64,000 nt of DNA from an uncultured Alphaproteobacteria bacterium (GTDB lineage: Bacteria; Pseudomonadota; Alphaproteobacteria; HIMB59; GCA-002718135), in assembly GCA_902614085.1 (NCBI GenBank), contig CACMJS010000001.1:197397-261396 (forward strand), in the 5' to 3' direction. The translations under genes and the position numbers were made by a program. Numbering within the stretch: the stretch's first letter is position 1; every line of letters starts with the position of its first letter. A model generated the notes under the pieces. That model was given only the letters and a program-made list of their open reading frames with translations. It was not told where the DNA came from and did not search any database. Shown piece after piece: positions 21,511-32,195 of the stretch.

Positions 21511-22251
21511 TTAGTTTAGAATTTTTTGCGCTTCTACTAAATCAATCTTTCCTTCATAGAAAGATTTACCTGAAATTATTCCTTCAATATTTTTTGTGTT
21601 AAGTTTTTTTAAATTTATTAAATCGGAGTAGTCTGTTAAACCGCCAGCAATTATAATTTTTTTATTAAATTTTTTAATTAGGTTTATTTTTTTTATAAAA
21701 TTATTAACAAAATCCAAATTTAAACCTTTTAGCATTCCATCATTTTGAATATCAGTAATTATATATCCTTTAATTTTTGAGTTAGTATAAATATCAAGAA
21801 TATCTTGTATTTTCTTTCCTGAGTTTTCATCCCACCCTTTTATCATTATGTTATCTTTAAAAATATCTAATGATATATATAGTTTATCGGCATACTTATT
21901 TGATAAATCTATAACTTCATTTGGTTTTTCAACTGACATTGAGCCAATAATCAAATTATTTATTCCTACCTCAAAATATTTTTTTACTAAATCTAAATTT
22001 CTAACACCGCCCCCTAATTGTATTGGTATTGAAGTTGATTTTCTAATATTCTTTATTGTTTCAAAATTAACATTTGATCTACCAAAAGCAGCATCTAGGT
22101 CAACCAAGTGAAGTTTTTTACAACCAATTTGTTCAAAGTAGATAGCTTGTTTTTCTGGGTCTTCATTGTAAACAATACTGGAGTCATCTTTCCCTTTGGA
22201 AAGTCTAACGCATTTATTATCTTTTAAATCTATGGCTGGTATAATTTGCAC
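21511..22251 (-). CDS. hisA: ProFAR isomerase
   Basis: [30 protein letters not shown]. Confidence 0.96.
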   Translation of the reverse strand: MQIIPAIDLKDNKCVRLSKGKDDSSIVYNEDPEKQAIYFEQIGCKKLHLVDLDAAFGRSNVNFETIKNIRKSTSIPIQLGGGVRNLDLVKKYFEVGINNLIIGSMSVEKPNEVIDLSNKYADKLYISLDIFKDNIMIKGWDENSGKKIQDILDIYTNSKIKGYIITDIQNDGMLKGLNLDFVNNFIKKINLIKKFNKKIIIAGGLTDYSDLINLKKLNTKNIEGIISGKSFYEGKIDLVEAQKILN

Positions 22252-22799
22252 TATAGATTTTTATAATAATAATAACCTTTTATAAAGCTTCCGTTAATAT
22301 AGGCATAATATGGGTTTTCACCCCACTTAGTATAGCTTTTACCTGTAAAAAGTTTTATTGCTGCATCTTGTGTTTCTCTAACGGCTAACTGCAAAGATTT
22401 TATATTGTCTTCTTTTGCAATTTGTTCAGTGTGGTCAATCATTGTTTTGGCTAAACCATAACCTCTTGCCCATGGGGCAACAAATTGTCTTCTTATACGA
22501 GCAATATTTTTCCTAGACTCAATATTAGGAGCCTCATACGCTAGTTGAAGAGTCCCAGCTATAACTCCGTTAAGTCTTCCAACAATAAGTTTGATATATT
22601 TATCATTGGTTCTTTTAGTCCAATAATCTATTAAAATATCTCTTGTGGGAACTCTTAACCAACCAAAACCACCCCCGGCTTTAATTGCTTGTTCAGTGAT
22701 ATTACAAAGATCTGCCAAATCTACATCTGTAAGTGTTTCAATATTATCAACTGAAATATTAATTTTTTCTTTTAGTTGTGTAGACATGTCATGCTCCAA
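22251..22799 (-). CDS. GNAT family N-acetyltransferase
   Basis: Acetyl-CoA motif VAPWARGYGLA and LAVRETQDAAIKLF. Confidence 0.85.
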   Translation of the reverse strand: MEHDMSTQLKEKINISVDNIETLTDVDLADLCNITEQAIKAGGGFGWLRVPTRDILIDYWTKRTNDKYIKLIVGRLNGVIAGTLQLAYEAPNIESRKNIARIRRQFVAPWARGYGLAKTMIDHTEQIAKEDNIKSLQLAVRETQDAAIKLFTGKSYTKWGENPYYAYINGSFIKGYYYYKNL

Positions 22800-23418
22800 T
22801 AAATTCTTTTAGTAAGTTTAATCCTTGGGAGGAACTTTTTTCAGGATGAAACTGCACGCCATATATATTTTCTTTTCCAACTATTGAAGTAAAATTTGTT
22901 CCGTACTTAGTTTCTGCCAAAATATTGTCTTTATCAGCACATTCGAAATAATATGAGTGAACGAAGTAATAGTCATTTTTAGTTGAGATTAAGTTATTAT
23001 ATTTTGAATTTGTTGGTATTACCAAGTTCCAACCCATATGAGGAAGTTTTAAATTATCTCCTGGCAATAATTTAATTTGACCGTCTATCCAACCTAGACC
23101 TTCATGATCTCCATTTTCTTCACTCTTCTTAGCTAGCATTTGCATACCAACACATATCCCTAAAAATGGTTTTTTTTTTATTAATGCAAACTCAGAAAGC
23201 TCATCAATCAATCCATCTGTTTTTTTTAAACCATTCATGCATGTGGAAAAGGCTCCTTGGCCAGGTAATACAATGTGGGTTGAATTTTTTACATCATTTA
23301 GTTTTTTTGAAATTAAAACATCAACCTCAATATTATTATCTTTTGCTATTTTAATAAAAGATTTTTGTGCAGACAAAACATTGCCTGAGCCGTAATCGAC
23401 AATAGTGATCTTTTTCAT
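22789..23418 (-). CDS. hisH: Imidazole glycerol phosphate synthase glutaminase subunit
   Basis: DYGSGN, LPGQG, GICVGMQ, YFVHSY, QFHPEKS. Confidence 0.97.
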   Translation of the reverse strand: MKKITIVDYGSGNVLSAQKSFIKIAKDNNIEVDVLISKKLNDVKNSTHIVLPGQGAFSTCMNGLKKTDGLIDELSEFALIKKKPFLGICVGMQMLAKKSEENGDHEGLGWIDGQIKLLPGDNLKLPHMGWNLVIPTNSKYNNLISTKNDYYFVHSYYFECADKDNILAETKYGTNFTSIVGKENIYGVQFHPEKSSSQGLNLLKEFIGA

Positions 23419-23424
23419 TAAGAA

Positions 23425-24012
23425 TTAAAGAGTGCCTTTTGATGATGGTATGTTGTCTTTTCTTCTAATATCTATTTCAACTGCAAACCTTAAGCTTTTA
23501 GCAAAGGCTTTAAAGCATGATTCAATGATATGATGATTGTTTTTTCCATACAAATTTTCAATATGTAAATTACATTTTGATTCATTTGAAAAGGCTTTGA
23601 AAAATTCATTGAATAGTTCTGTGTCCATTTCACCAATTTTTTTTAAACCAAGATTAACATTCCACACAAGCTCTGGTCTTCCACTTAAATCAATAACACA
23701 TCTTGATAAACATTCATCCATAGGAACATATGAAAAACCATATCTGTTTATTCCCTTCTTATCATCCAGTGCTTTGTTTATAGCTAATGCAATTGCGTAA
23801 GCTGTATCTTCAACTGAATGATGAAGATCAACATTGGTATCTCCTTCACATTTTAAATCTATATCTATTAAGCTGTGATGAGATAATAATTCAAGCATGT
23901 GATCAAAAAAGCCAATTCGGGTTGAAATATTAGATTGTCCAGCCCCATCTAAGTTAACTTCACAGCTTATCTTAGTTTCCTTAGTGTTTCTCTCTACTTT
24001 ACCTTTTCGCAT
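23425..24012 (-). CDS. hisB: Imidazoleglycerol-phosphate dehydratase
   Basis: [38 protein letters not shown]. Confidence 0.97.
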   Translation of the reverse strand: MRKGKVERNTKETKISCEVNLDGAGQSNISTRIGFFDHMLELLSHHSLIDIDLKCEGDTNVDLHHSVEDTAYAIALAINKALDDKKGINRYGFSYVPMDECLSRCVIDLSGRPELVWNVNLGLKKIGEMDTELFNEFFKAFSNESKCNLHIENLYGKNNHHIIESCFKAFAKSLRFAVEIDIRRKDNIPSSKGTL

Positions 24013-24056
24013 TTTTGCCTAATATCAGTGAAATATGATTTATTCTAGGTAAATTA

Positions 24057-24084
24057 CTTGATAAAAATAATTAAATAGCCATCT
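24057..24084 (+). promoter_or_regulatory. sigma32-like promoter for hslVU
   Basis: CTTG-N17-GCCATCT ending 9 nt before the hslV ATG; same spacing as the dnaK elements. Confidence 0.55.
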
Positions 24085-24093
24085 TAAGAATGA

Positions 24094-24642
24094 ATGGAAA
24101 AAAATATTATTAAATCAACAACTATTGTAGGAATTAGAAAAGACAATCTTGTCGTAATTGCGGGTGATGGTCAGGCTAGTCTTGGTAATACCGTAATGAA
24201 ATCAAATGTTAAAAAAATTAGAAGACTTGGTGTTGATGAAACTGTTATATCTGGTTTTGCAGGATCTACTGCAGATGCGTTCGCTTTATTTGAAAGATTA
24301 GAGGGAAAGTTAGATCAATATAAGAACCAACTCAAAAGAGCATGTGTAGAATTAGCTAAAGATTGGAGAACGGATAGATATTTAAGAAGATTGGAAGCAA
24401 TGATGATCGTAGCCGATAAAGATGTAAGTTTGTTGTTATCAGGCACTGGCGATGTAATTGAATCTGATGACGGAATACTTGCAATAGGTTCTGGAGGTCC
24501 TTACGCAAATAGTGCTGCTAAAGCATTGATGAAAAACACAAAAATGAATGCAAAAGAAATTGCTTTAGAATCACTTAATATAGCTGCAGATATTTGTATT
24601 TATACAAACCACAATATTATTTCAGAAACTATTGAGCTTTAG
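24094..24642 (+). CDS. hslV: ATP-dependent protease peptidase subunit HslV
   Basis: N-terminal [23 protein letters not shown]. Confidence 0.97.
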   Translation: MEKNIIKSTTIVGIRKDNLVVIAGDGQASLGNTVMKSNVKKIRRLGVDETVISGFAGSTADAFALFERLEGKLDQYKNQLKRACVELAKDWRTDRYLRRLEAMMIVADKDVSLLLSGTGDVIESDDGILAIGSGGPYANSAAKALMKNTKMNAKEIALESLNIAADICIYTNHNIISETIEL

Positions 24643-24643
24643 A

Positions 24644-25957
24644 ATGGAATCTAGTTTTAGCCCAAGAGAAATTGTTTCTGAATTAGATAAATTTATCATT
24701 GGTCAGAATAAAGCAAAAAAAGCTGTTGCGGTTGCCTTAAGAAATAGATGGAGAAGAAAACAGCTTGATGATTCCTTAAAAGAGGAAATTGTACCAAAAA
24801 ATATTTTAATGGTTGGTCCAACAGGTTGTGGTAAAACTGAAATCTCACGAAGACTTGCTAGGTTAGCAAACGCACCTTTTGTAAAAGTTGAGGCGACTAA
24901 GTTTACAGAGGTTGGATATGTTGGAAGAGATGTTGAGCAAATAATAAGAGATCTAGTTGAAATAAGTATAACAAAAACAAAAATACAAATGGGTCAAGAA
25001 GTGAAGGCAAAAGCAGAAAAAAATGCAGAAGAAAGAATTTTAGATGTTTTGGTTTCTAAAAGCTCGACACCAGCTACTCGAGATAATTTTAGGAAAAAAC
25101 TAAGATCAGGTGAATTAAATGATAATGAGGTTGAAATTCCGGTTTCAGCTAATGCAAATTTAAATTTACCAACTATGGACATACCTGGAATGCCTGGTTC
25201 TCAAATGGGCATGATTAATTTAGGCGATGTATTTGGAAAAGGTTTTGGCAATCAAAAGAAAATGAAAAAAATGAGTGTCAAAGATTCTCATGCCTATTTG
25301 TTAAATGAGGAAACTGATAAACTTCTAGATAAAGATAAAATAAACTCAAGAGCATTAGATGATGTAGAGCAAAACGGTATCGTTTTTATAGATGAAATAG
25401 ATAAAATTACTTCTAGAGCTGATAGAAGTGGTGCGGATGTTTCAAGAGAGGGTGTTCAAAGAGATTTATTACCACTTATTGAGGGAACTGCGGTTACTAC
25501 AAAATATGGTGTTGTTAAAACAGATTATATTTTGTTCATTGCTTCTGGGGCGTTTCACTTATCAAAACCTTCAGACATGCTGCCTGAACTTCAAGGTAGA
25601 TTGCCAATTAGAGTCGAGCTTGATAGTCTTAGTAAAAAAGATTTTAAACTTATTCTTACTGAAACACAAAACAGTTTGATTAAGCAGTATCAAGGACTTC
25701 TTGGAACAGAGAAGGTTGATTTGAAATTTGAAGAAGATGGAATTGATACCATCGCCTCTTTATCTACAGAGATAAATCAGAACGTAGAAAATATAGGTGC
25801 CAGAAGACTGCATACTGTAATGGAAAAACTACTTGAAGAGGTTAGTTATACAGCCTCAGATATAGGCCCTACAGAAATAATAATTAATAAGGAATACGTT
25901 GAAAATAGCTTAGGAGAACTTATTAAAAGTCAGGACTTATCGAAGTTTATATTGTAA
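24644..25957 (+). CDS. hslU: ATP-dependent protease ATPase subunit HslU
   Basis: [41 protein letters not shown]; ATG at 24644 preferred over the track's TTG at 24632. Confidence 0.97.
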   Translation: MESSFSPREIVSELDKFIIGQNKAKKAVAVALRNRWRRKQLDDSLKEEIVPKNILMVGPTGCGKTEISRRLARLANAPFVKVEATKFTEVGYVGRDVEQIIRDLVEISITKTKIQMGQEVKAKAEKNAEERILDVLVSKSSTPATRDNFRKKLRSGELNDNEVEIPVSANANLNLPTMDIPGMPGSQMGMINLGDVFGKGFGNQKKMKKMSVKDSHAYLLNEETDKLLDKDKINSRALDDVEQNGIVFIDEIDKITSRADRSGADVSREGVQRDLLPLIEGTAVTTKYGVVKTDYILFIASGAFHLSKPSDMLPELQGRLPIRVELDSLSKKDFKLILTETQNSLIKQYQGLLGTEKVDLKFEEDGIDTIASLSTEINQNVENIGARRLHTVMEKLLEEVSYTASDIGPTEIIINKEYVENSLGELIKSQDLSKFIL

Positions 25958-25986
25958 AGCTCATTTAATTTTTTAAAAATTATAAA

Positions 25987-27321
25987 ATGAGTCTTTTTAA
26001 AAATATAAGAATTGAGCTACTTGTTCTTTTAATAATATCTTTAAATGTTTTCATATCATTCAATTTAGATCTAGGGCTATATAATTATTTTAAAGATTTT
26101 AATAAAAGTCTTAATAGTGTTTATTTAAAAGAATTTTTTGTAGACATAACAAGGCTCGGGAGCTCATCTTGGTATTTCGCTATTTCTGTTATTGGATTTG
26201 GTGTTGTTTATTTAAACAACAGATTAGAATTTATAAAAATTGAAAAACAAAAAAATATAAGTAATTTTTTTGTATCGTCTTTTTTTTATATTTTGGTTGT
26301 TGGGGTTGTAACTCAGGTTCTGAAGCATATTGTTGGTAGACCAAGACCCAATCACACAAATTTTGAGGACTCTTTTGGTTTTAATTTTTTTACTTTCGAC
26401 TCAAATTTTCATTCCTTTCCTTCAGGCCACTCATCAACTATATTTATAATTTGTTTTATTCTTGTAGCCACTTTTCCAAAACTAAAATATTTTTTTTATT
26501 TTTTAGCGTCTGTTATTGCTTTGAGTAGAGTTGTAGTTGGTGCTCACTTTTTTACTGACATTGTTGCCGGTGCTATATTAGCACTTATATCTTTCAAAAT
26601 TATAAACACAATCTTAGAAAAGAAATATGCCCAATATAAATTTTCAAATTTGTTGCCTGAAGACAATTCAGAGATTTATAATTATGTATTATTTTTGGTA
26701 ATTAGTTGTGTGTTTATTACTTCAGGTCCATCCATAGATTTGTATATTTCAGGTTTGTTTTATTATGGATCACAACAGTTTGCTTTACAAAGTTTTGATT
26801 TAATCTCAATATTTTTTCGAGATATTTTATTACCATTAATACTTATATATATTTTAATTTTACCAATAGTTGGGCGTTTCACTAAAATTGATAAAATTTT
26901 TTTTAATTATAAATTTTCTATCAAGGAAATAGTTTTGTTGTGGGGTTCTCAAATTATTGGAGTGTTAATTTTTGTAAACCTGATACTTAAAAATTTATGG
27001 GGGAGGGCTAGACCAAATGATATTTTACAATTAGGTGGAAAAGAAACTTTTTCGCCATGGTTTGAAATAAGCAACGCTTGCGAAACAAATTGCTCTTTTG
27101 TTTCAGGCGATGCTTCTGTTGGGTTTTCAATTATAATTCTATATTTAATTACAAAAAAAATAATTTTTCTCTATGCAAGTGCTTTTGCTGGTTTAGTACT
27201 AGGTTTAATTAGAATTATGGCTGGAGGTCATTTTTTAAGTGACATTTTTTTTGCTGGCTTTTTTATTGTAATTTTAAATATAATTTTATTTGAATTTTAT
27301 AAAAAATATTATGCTAAATAA
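25987..27321 (+). CDS. Membrane phosphatase with two PAP2 domains (possible LpxE/LpxF-like lipid A phosphatase fusion)
   Basis: Domain 1: KHIVGRPRP, FPSGH, SRVVVGAHFFTD; domain 2: KNLWGRARP, FVSGD, RIMAGGHFLSD. Confidence 0.8.
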   Translation: MSLFKNIRIELLVLLIISLNVFISFNLDLGLYNYFKDFNKSLNSVYLKEFFVDITRLGSSSWYFAISVIGFGVVYLNNRLEFIKIEKQKNISNFFVSSFFYILVVGVVTQVLKHIVGRPRPNHTNFEDSFGFNFFTFDSNFHSFPSGHSSTIFIICFILVATFPKLKYFFYFLASVIALSRVVVGAHFFTDIVAGAILALISFKIINTILEKKYAQYKFSNLLPEDNSEIYNYVLFLVISCVFITSGPSIDLYISGLFYYGSQQFALQSFDLISIFFRDILLPLILIYILILPIVGRFTKIDKIFFNYKFSIKEIVLLWGSQIIGVLIFVNLILKNLWGRARPNDILQLGGKETFSPWFEISNACETNCSFVSGDASVGFSIIILYLITKKIIFLYASAFAGLVLGLIRIMAGGHFLSDIFFAGFFIVILNIILFEFYKKYYAK

Positions 27322-28696
27322 AATTCTATTGCCATCAACTATTGTTTTGCTTTTATTAAAAATAGGCGCCTTAAATTTTACTACTTTTAATTTGTTTGGT
27401 GATGAAGCACAGTATTGGTTATGGTCAAAAAATATTGACTTTGGTTATTTTTCGAAACCACCATTTTTGTCCTGGATAATAAGAGTTTATACGGAAATAT
27501 TAGGTAGTAGTTTTGTTTCATTAAAACTTCTACCATCGTTTGTGTATTTATTGATTGCCTGGAGTATTTATAATCTTTTACTCAACTCTGGACTAAATAA
27601 AAAAGATTCATTTGCGGGTTGTTTAGTTTTTTTATTTATACCTGCTGTTTCTTTTTCATCTTTTATAATTAGTACTGATCTTTTTTTATTATTATTTTGG
27701 ACACTTTCACTTAATGAATTGATTAAAATTAAAAGTGAACAAGCTTTAAAAAATTTTATATTATTAGGTATTTTTCTGGGGTTAGCTTTTTTATCAAAAT
27801 ATGCAGCTATATATTTTGTAATTTGTTTATTTGTTCTAATTTTATTTGATAAAAGATTTAGAAAAATTTTTTTGGATAATTTATTAGGTTTTTGTCTTAC
27901 TTTTTTATGTGTATTTGCAATCATCGTACCAAATATTATTTGGAACTTTAATAATGACTGGATAACACTTCAGCATACTTCGGATAATGCAAATTTTGGA
28001 AATATTGAAATAGATCTGATTAGAGGTTTAGAATTTTTCTTAATTCAGGTTTTAATGCTGGGCCCATTTATGGTTTTGGGTGGGTTATTTGGGTTTAACA
28101 AATGGAACTATATTCAAAAAATTTTTTTAATATTTTCACTACCTATAATTCTAATTGTTTTGTTGGAGGCTATTATTGTTAGGGCTAATGCAAATTGGGC
28201 TGCTCCAGCTTTAATTTCTTTGTTTGCTCTTTTATATATTAGAATTAATAATTCTTTTTTAAAGATTGCTAATTATATATTTAATTTTACTGTCTGTTTT
28301 GTTCTTTTTGTTATGATTGGAACAAGCTATCCCTCTAAAATTTTTGACCGAATAAGTGGTATAAATGATTATGCTCTAAAAATTTACAGTAATTCTTCAA
28401 ATGTTGTTCTAAAAAATATAGTGGTTTCTGATCGGCTTTTATTTTCAAGCCTTAATTTTGAATTAAGAAATAAGGATATTAATTTCTATATGCCGCATAA
28501 AGAAGGAGATGAAATAACAAACCACTTTAAAATAGTGTCTCCTCTAAATAAAAATATGAATGAAAACTTTACTTTAATTGGGAGTCCTTCAGATATAAAT
28601 TATTTAGTGAATGAATATAAGGTGTTAAAAATAAACTCACCTGATCAGAAATTTACAAAAAGAAAACTTGATGTTTACGAGGTTGTGTTTGAATAA
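27311..28696 (+). CDS. ArnT/PMT-like (GT39/GT83) lipid-linked glycosyltransferase
   Basis: DEAQYWLWS...GYFSKPP N-terminal loop, LAFLSKY, many TMs, ANANWAAPA; ATG at 27311 preferred. Confidence 0.85.
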   Translation: MLNKILLPSTIVLLLLKIGALNFTTFNLFGDEAQYWLWSKNIDFGYFSKPPFLSWIIRVYTEILGSSFVSLKLLPSFVYLLIAWSIYNLLLNSGLNKKDSFAGCLVFLFIPAVSFSSFIISTDLFLLLFWTLSLNELIKIKSEQALKNFILLGIFLGLAFLSKYAAIYFVICLFVLILFDKRFRKIFLDNLLGFCLTFLCVFAIIVPNIIWNFNNDWITLQHTSDNANFGNIEIDLIRGLEFFLIQVLMLGPFMVLGGLFGFNKWNYIQKIFLIFSLPIILIVLLEAIIVRANANWAAPALISLFALLYIRINNSFLKIANYIFNFTVCFVLFVMIGTSYPSKIFDRISGINDYALKIYSNSSNVVLKNIVVSDRLLFSSLNFELRNKDINFYMPHKEGDEITNHFKIVSPLNKNMNENFTLIGSPSDINYLVNEYKVLKINSPDQKFTKRKLDVYEVVFE

Positions 28697-29342
28697 ATTT
28701 CTAGTATTTTTTATTATATCTGTAATTAATACATCCTATGCAAATAATTTTAGTGCAGAATATAGGGTCAGTACAACAGGAATTAAAATTGGTAGTTTTA
28801 GTTGGTCATTAAATATTAATAATAATATTTATCAAACAGAAATTAATTTGAAAAATTCTGGCATTTTTTCACCTTTATATAAATTTGAAGGAAGCTATCT
28901 TTCAACTGGGGTTATTGAAAACAACATATTTAAAACCCAGAATTATAAACAGTTTTGGAAAACGAAGAAGAAAACAAAAATAGTTAAAATGTCTTTTGAT
29001 GATTATTTAATTGAATTAAAACAAGAGCCTATAGAAGAAGAAATGGCTAGGGTAGACCTAGAAGACTTGTATTTATATTTTGACCCAATTACCTCTTTTA
29101 TAAATATTTTAAATGGAGAAAATGAGGCAAAAACAATTGATGGGAGAAGAATTTACACACTTAAACAAAACGAAAGTGAGGATGGAAATATAATTTTAGA
29201 AATTGAAGACTATGTAAATATTTGGGCTGACCATAAAAGAAATGACCTAAAAAAAATTGAATTCTTGGTTAAAGATGATTTGCTTCCATATGAAATTCTT
29301 ATTCATTTCAAAAAAAGGGTATTCAAGTTAGAAAAAATTTAA
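28668..29342 (+). CDS. DUF3108-like secreted protein
   Basis: Signal peptide; Y...GIKIG, DPITS, IDGRRIY motifs; start uncertain. Confidence 0.6.
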   Translation: MMFTRLCLNKFLVFFIISVINTSYANNFSAEYRVSTTGIKIGSFSWSLNINNNIYQTEINLKNSGIFSPLYKFEGSYLSTGVIENNIFKTQNYKQFWKTKKKTKIVKMSFDDYLIELKQEPIEEEMARVDLEDLYLYFDPITSFINILNGENEAKTIDGRRIYTLKQNESEDGNIILEIEDYVNIWADHKRNDLKKIEFLVKDDLLPYEILIHFKKRVFKLEKI

Positions 29343-29878
29343 AACTTTTTTTTTCTTAAATAGACAAAAAGAGCTCCGTCACCCCCATGTTCAAAACCCG
29401 CATCTTGATATGTTAGGATATATTTCTTAAGATCATCTTCGTTTATCCAGTTTATTATTGAGTTTTTAATCTTTCCATAGAAAAGCTTAGGATTTGTGTC
29501 TTCCACATTTTGAATTTTTTTATGAACACCCTTTCCAGTAATTATAAGCAAACATCTTTTATTCTTGTTATAATTTTTTTTCACCTCACTTATAAATTTT
29601 TCATGTGCTTCAACTAAACCGTATCCGTGAAGATCAATTCTTCTATCTATATTTATTTTTCCCCTCTTAAGCTCCTTATTTACCTCACCAAATGATAATT
29701 TAAACTCTGAGCCACTAACTTTGTGTTCAGTTATTGTTTTTTTGTTGGTATTTTTAATATTCGTTTTTTTATCTAATTTTACATTTTTTTTAATAGTTGT
29801 TTTCGTTTTAACTATAGGGCTATCTTTTTTAAAAGGTTTTACACCTTTCATGTTTTTTAGAAAAAAATCTTCTTCCAT
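29339..29878 (-). CDS. Smr/MutS2 domain protein
   Basis: IDLHG, LIITGKG, HGGDGALFVYL. Confidence 0.93.
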   Translation of the reverse strand: MEEDFFLKNMKGVKPFKKDSPIVKTKTTIKKNVKLDKKTNIKNTNKKTITEHKVSGSEFKLSFGEVNKELKRGKINIDRRIDLHGYGLVEAHEKFISEVKKNYNKNKRCLLIITGKGVHKKIQNVEDTNPKLFYGKIKNSIINWINEDDLKKYILTYQDAGFEHGGDGALFVYLRKKKF

Positions 29879-30306
29879 TATTTTTTTGTATAGTGTTTAA
29901 TTAAATTCTTTACTCTTTCAGGTGTTTGCAAATACCACAAACTATCTAACATCTCTAGTGATGCCATGAATTTTTGTTTTTTGTTTAGAAAATAAAGCAT
30001 TTTCTTAAATTTAGAGACACCTTTTGCTCCAAGTTGAAAAATCATTTCTATTAATAATTCCCTTTCTGAAGTTGTGTGATTTTTTTTAAAAAATTTTTTT
30101 TTGTATTGTTCGTGTGCTTTTTTAAAATCTATCTCAAACAATTCTTCAAAATATTTTTTTTTAAAGTATTTAATGTAATATTTATTTTCTTTTTCTGTAA
30201 TAAGATGACCATACCCAATAGTATAAAACCCTAATTGATCTTGATAAGGCTTGTCAGAATAACCCTCGTTTTTTTTAATTCGGTCTTTGAGTTCTTTAAA
30301 GGACAA
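29878..30306 (-). CDS. T4-type (GH24) lysozyme-like muramidase
   Basis: NEGYSDKPYQDQLGFYTIGYGHL contains the E-x8-D-x5-T triad; EMIFQLG..GVSKFKKM, EMLDSLWYLQTPER resemble the T4 lysozyme C-lobe. Confidence 0.88.
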   Translation of the reverse strand: MSFKELKDRIKKNEGYSDKPYQDQLGFYTIGYGHLITEKENKYYIKYFKKKYFEELFEIDFKKAHEQYKKKFFKKNHTTSERELLIEMIFQLGAKGVSKFKKMLYFLNKKQKFMASLEMLDSLWYLQTPERVKNLIKHYTKK

Positions 30307-30309
30307 ATA

Positions 30310-30891
30310 TTAAGTTTGAGTTAATATCCATATAGGACTAGAAGAATTTACTGGTTTTTCAAAAGTCCAAATGTCTTTATTTTTAACAATAGAACCCTCA
30401 TCATTATTTAACATCTGCTCACTAATAAAATTGACCGATATTGATATTGTGTCATTTTCTACTTTTGCATCTGCGATGCCCTCTACAATAAGTGAATAAA
30501 ATTGTGATTCTGGATTGTTTGTTTTTTCATCAATCGCTTTTTCAAAAGCAGTATAAACATCTTTAGACACAAGATTTTTCAGTGTTTTTTTATCTCCATT
30601 GTTGAAAGATGAAATTATAATCTCAAAAGCTTTCTTGGCACCATCAAGAAACTCTCGGTGATTAAAATTATTTACTTTTTTATATACAACCTCAAGCTTT
30701 GTCTCATTATCCATCAAAGAGGGTATTTTTTGAGCATCCTCTTGTTTTTTGGTTTCTTGAGGCTTTGGTTGTGATATATTTTTTTGAAATCCTGTTCGTT
30801 TTCCAAGAACACTTCTTAATCTATAAATAATAAATCCAGCAATAGCTGCAAAAATCAAAATATCAAAAAATTGTAAGTCACCGTAAATCAT
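30310..30891 (-). CDS. Tim44/TimA family protein
   Basis: TM then RLRSVLGKRTG, FLDGAKKAFEII, DIWTFEK...PIWIL. Confidence 0.9.
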   Translation of the reverse strand: MIYGDLQFFDILIFAAIAGFIIYRLRSVLGKRTGFQKNISQPKPQETKKQEDAQKIPSLMDNETKLEVVYKKVNNFNHREFLDGAKKAFEIIISSFNNGDKKTLKNLVSKDVYTAFEKAIDEKTNNPESQFYSLIVEGIADAKVENDTISISVNFISEQMLNNDEGSIVKNKDIWTFEKPVNSSSPIWILTQT

Positions 30892-30921
30892 CTGATTTTA
30901 ATATAATAACTTTTTCAAATA

Positions 30922-31596
30922 TTAATAGTTATATTTTTTCCAAAGAGGGTTTTTTAGTTTTTTTAACATTTCTTTGTGAGCTAAATAATCTTCTTCATTA
31001 ACCTTTATGATTTTGGTTTTTGTTTCGTTTTTGTTGTTAATTTGTGTATTTTTTTCATCACTGTTTGAGTTTAATTCCATAGAAAACTGCTTACCCCCTC
31101 TAAGCTCTAAATAAACTGCAGCTAAAAGCTGAGAATCAAGCAGGGCTCCATGGAATGATCTGTCTGATAAATCAATATTAAACCTTCTGCACAAATAGTC
31201 GAGGTTAGCTATTCTTGTATTTAGAACTTCTCTTGCAAGAGAAACGGTATCAACCACAGGATTATCTAAATGAGGTAATCCTAAGATTGATAACTCATTA
31301 TTTATAAAACCTAAATCAAATGATGCATTGTGAATTATCAATGTGTCCTTTTTCAAAAAATTTAAGAGCTCCTTGTGGTTTTCTTCAAATGGTTTTTGTT
31401 GATTAAGAAAATCATCAGAAAGACCCACAATGTTTTTTGCCCCTTCGCTTATACTTCTGTCTGGTTTGCAATAAAATTGGAGTGTGTTTCCTGTAGGAAC
31501 ATAGTTTTTGAGTTCCACACAACCAACCTCTATTATTCTATCACCAGTCTTATAATCAAGGCCTGTGGTTTCTGTATCAATTACTATTTCTCTCAT
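30922..31596 (-). CDS. dnaQ: DNA polymerase III epsilon subunit
   Basis: DTETTG, HNASFDLGF, HGALLDS (DEDDh exonuclease). Confidence 0.96.
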   Translation of the reverse strand: MREIVIDTETTGLDYKTGDRIIEVGCVELKNYVPTGNTLQFYCKPDRSISEGAKNIVGLSDDFLNQQKPFEENHKELLNFLKKDTLIIHNASFDLGFINNELSILGLPHLDNPVVDTVSLAREVLNTRIANLDYLCRRFNIDLSDRSFHGALLDSQLLAAVYLELRGGKQFSMELNSNSDEKNTQINNKNETKTKIIKVNEEDYLAHKEMLKKLKNPLWKKYNY

Positions 31597-31604
31597 TGTT
31601 TTAA

Positions 31605-32195
31605 CTAAAGTTTACTTATTAGCTTATTAATCTTAATTTTATAATCTTTTAATGTCGAGTTGTTATAAATAACATAATCAGATTTCTTTTTTCTTATAAC
31701 GTCTGATGTTTGAGATCGAGTTATATTCTTAAATTGGTTTTCAGTCATTTTTCTTGTTTTTTTTAATCTTTTTAATCTTACTCGTTTGGAGGCTATTATC
31801 GATATTACTTTGTTGAACTGTTTCTCTAAATTGTTTTCAAACAACAATGGTATATCAATAAAAATTAATTTTGTTTTTTTTTGTTTTTCTTGTTTTATAA
31901 AATCAGACCTCTTTTTTCTAACTATTTTAAATATGTATAACTCAAGCTTTTTTCTTATCTGTTTATTTTCAAAAATAATCTTTGATATAATTTTTTTATT
32001 TATGTTTTTTTTTGAAATGGACTTAGACAAACCTATGGTGCGTAAATAAGTAACAAATTTTTTTTCAGGGTTTTTATATATATTTGCCACCTGCTCATCT
32101 GAGCTGTGAATTTTAAAACCTTTTTCTTTTAATTTACTACAAAAGGTGGATTTACCTGATCCTATGCCGCCTGTTATTGCTATGGTTTTTGTCAT
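31605..32195 (-). CDS. coaE: Dephospho-CoA kinase
   Basis: ITGGIGSGKST, DIPLLFE; conserved maf-aroE-coaE-dnaQ order. Confidence 0.93.
   Translation of the reverse strand: MTKTIAITGGIGSGKSTFCSKLKEKGFKIHSSDEQVANIYKNPEKKFVTYLRTIGLSKSISKKNINKKIISKIIFENKQIRKKLELYIFKIVRKKRSDFIKQEKQKKTKLIFIDIPLLFENNLEKQFNKVISIIASKRVRLKRLKKTRKMTENQFKNITRSQTSDVIRKKKSDYVIYNNSTLKDYKIKINKLISKL

Noticed and set aside
29878-30306. Prophage around the lysozyme gene
   Set aside because: The neighbours are core genes; there is no holin, integrase or structural gene.
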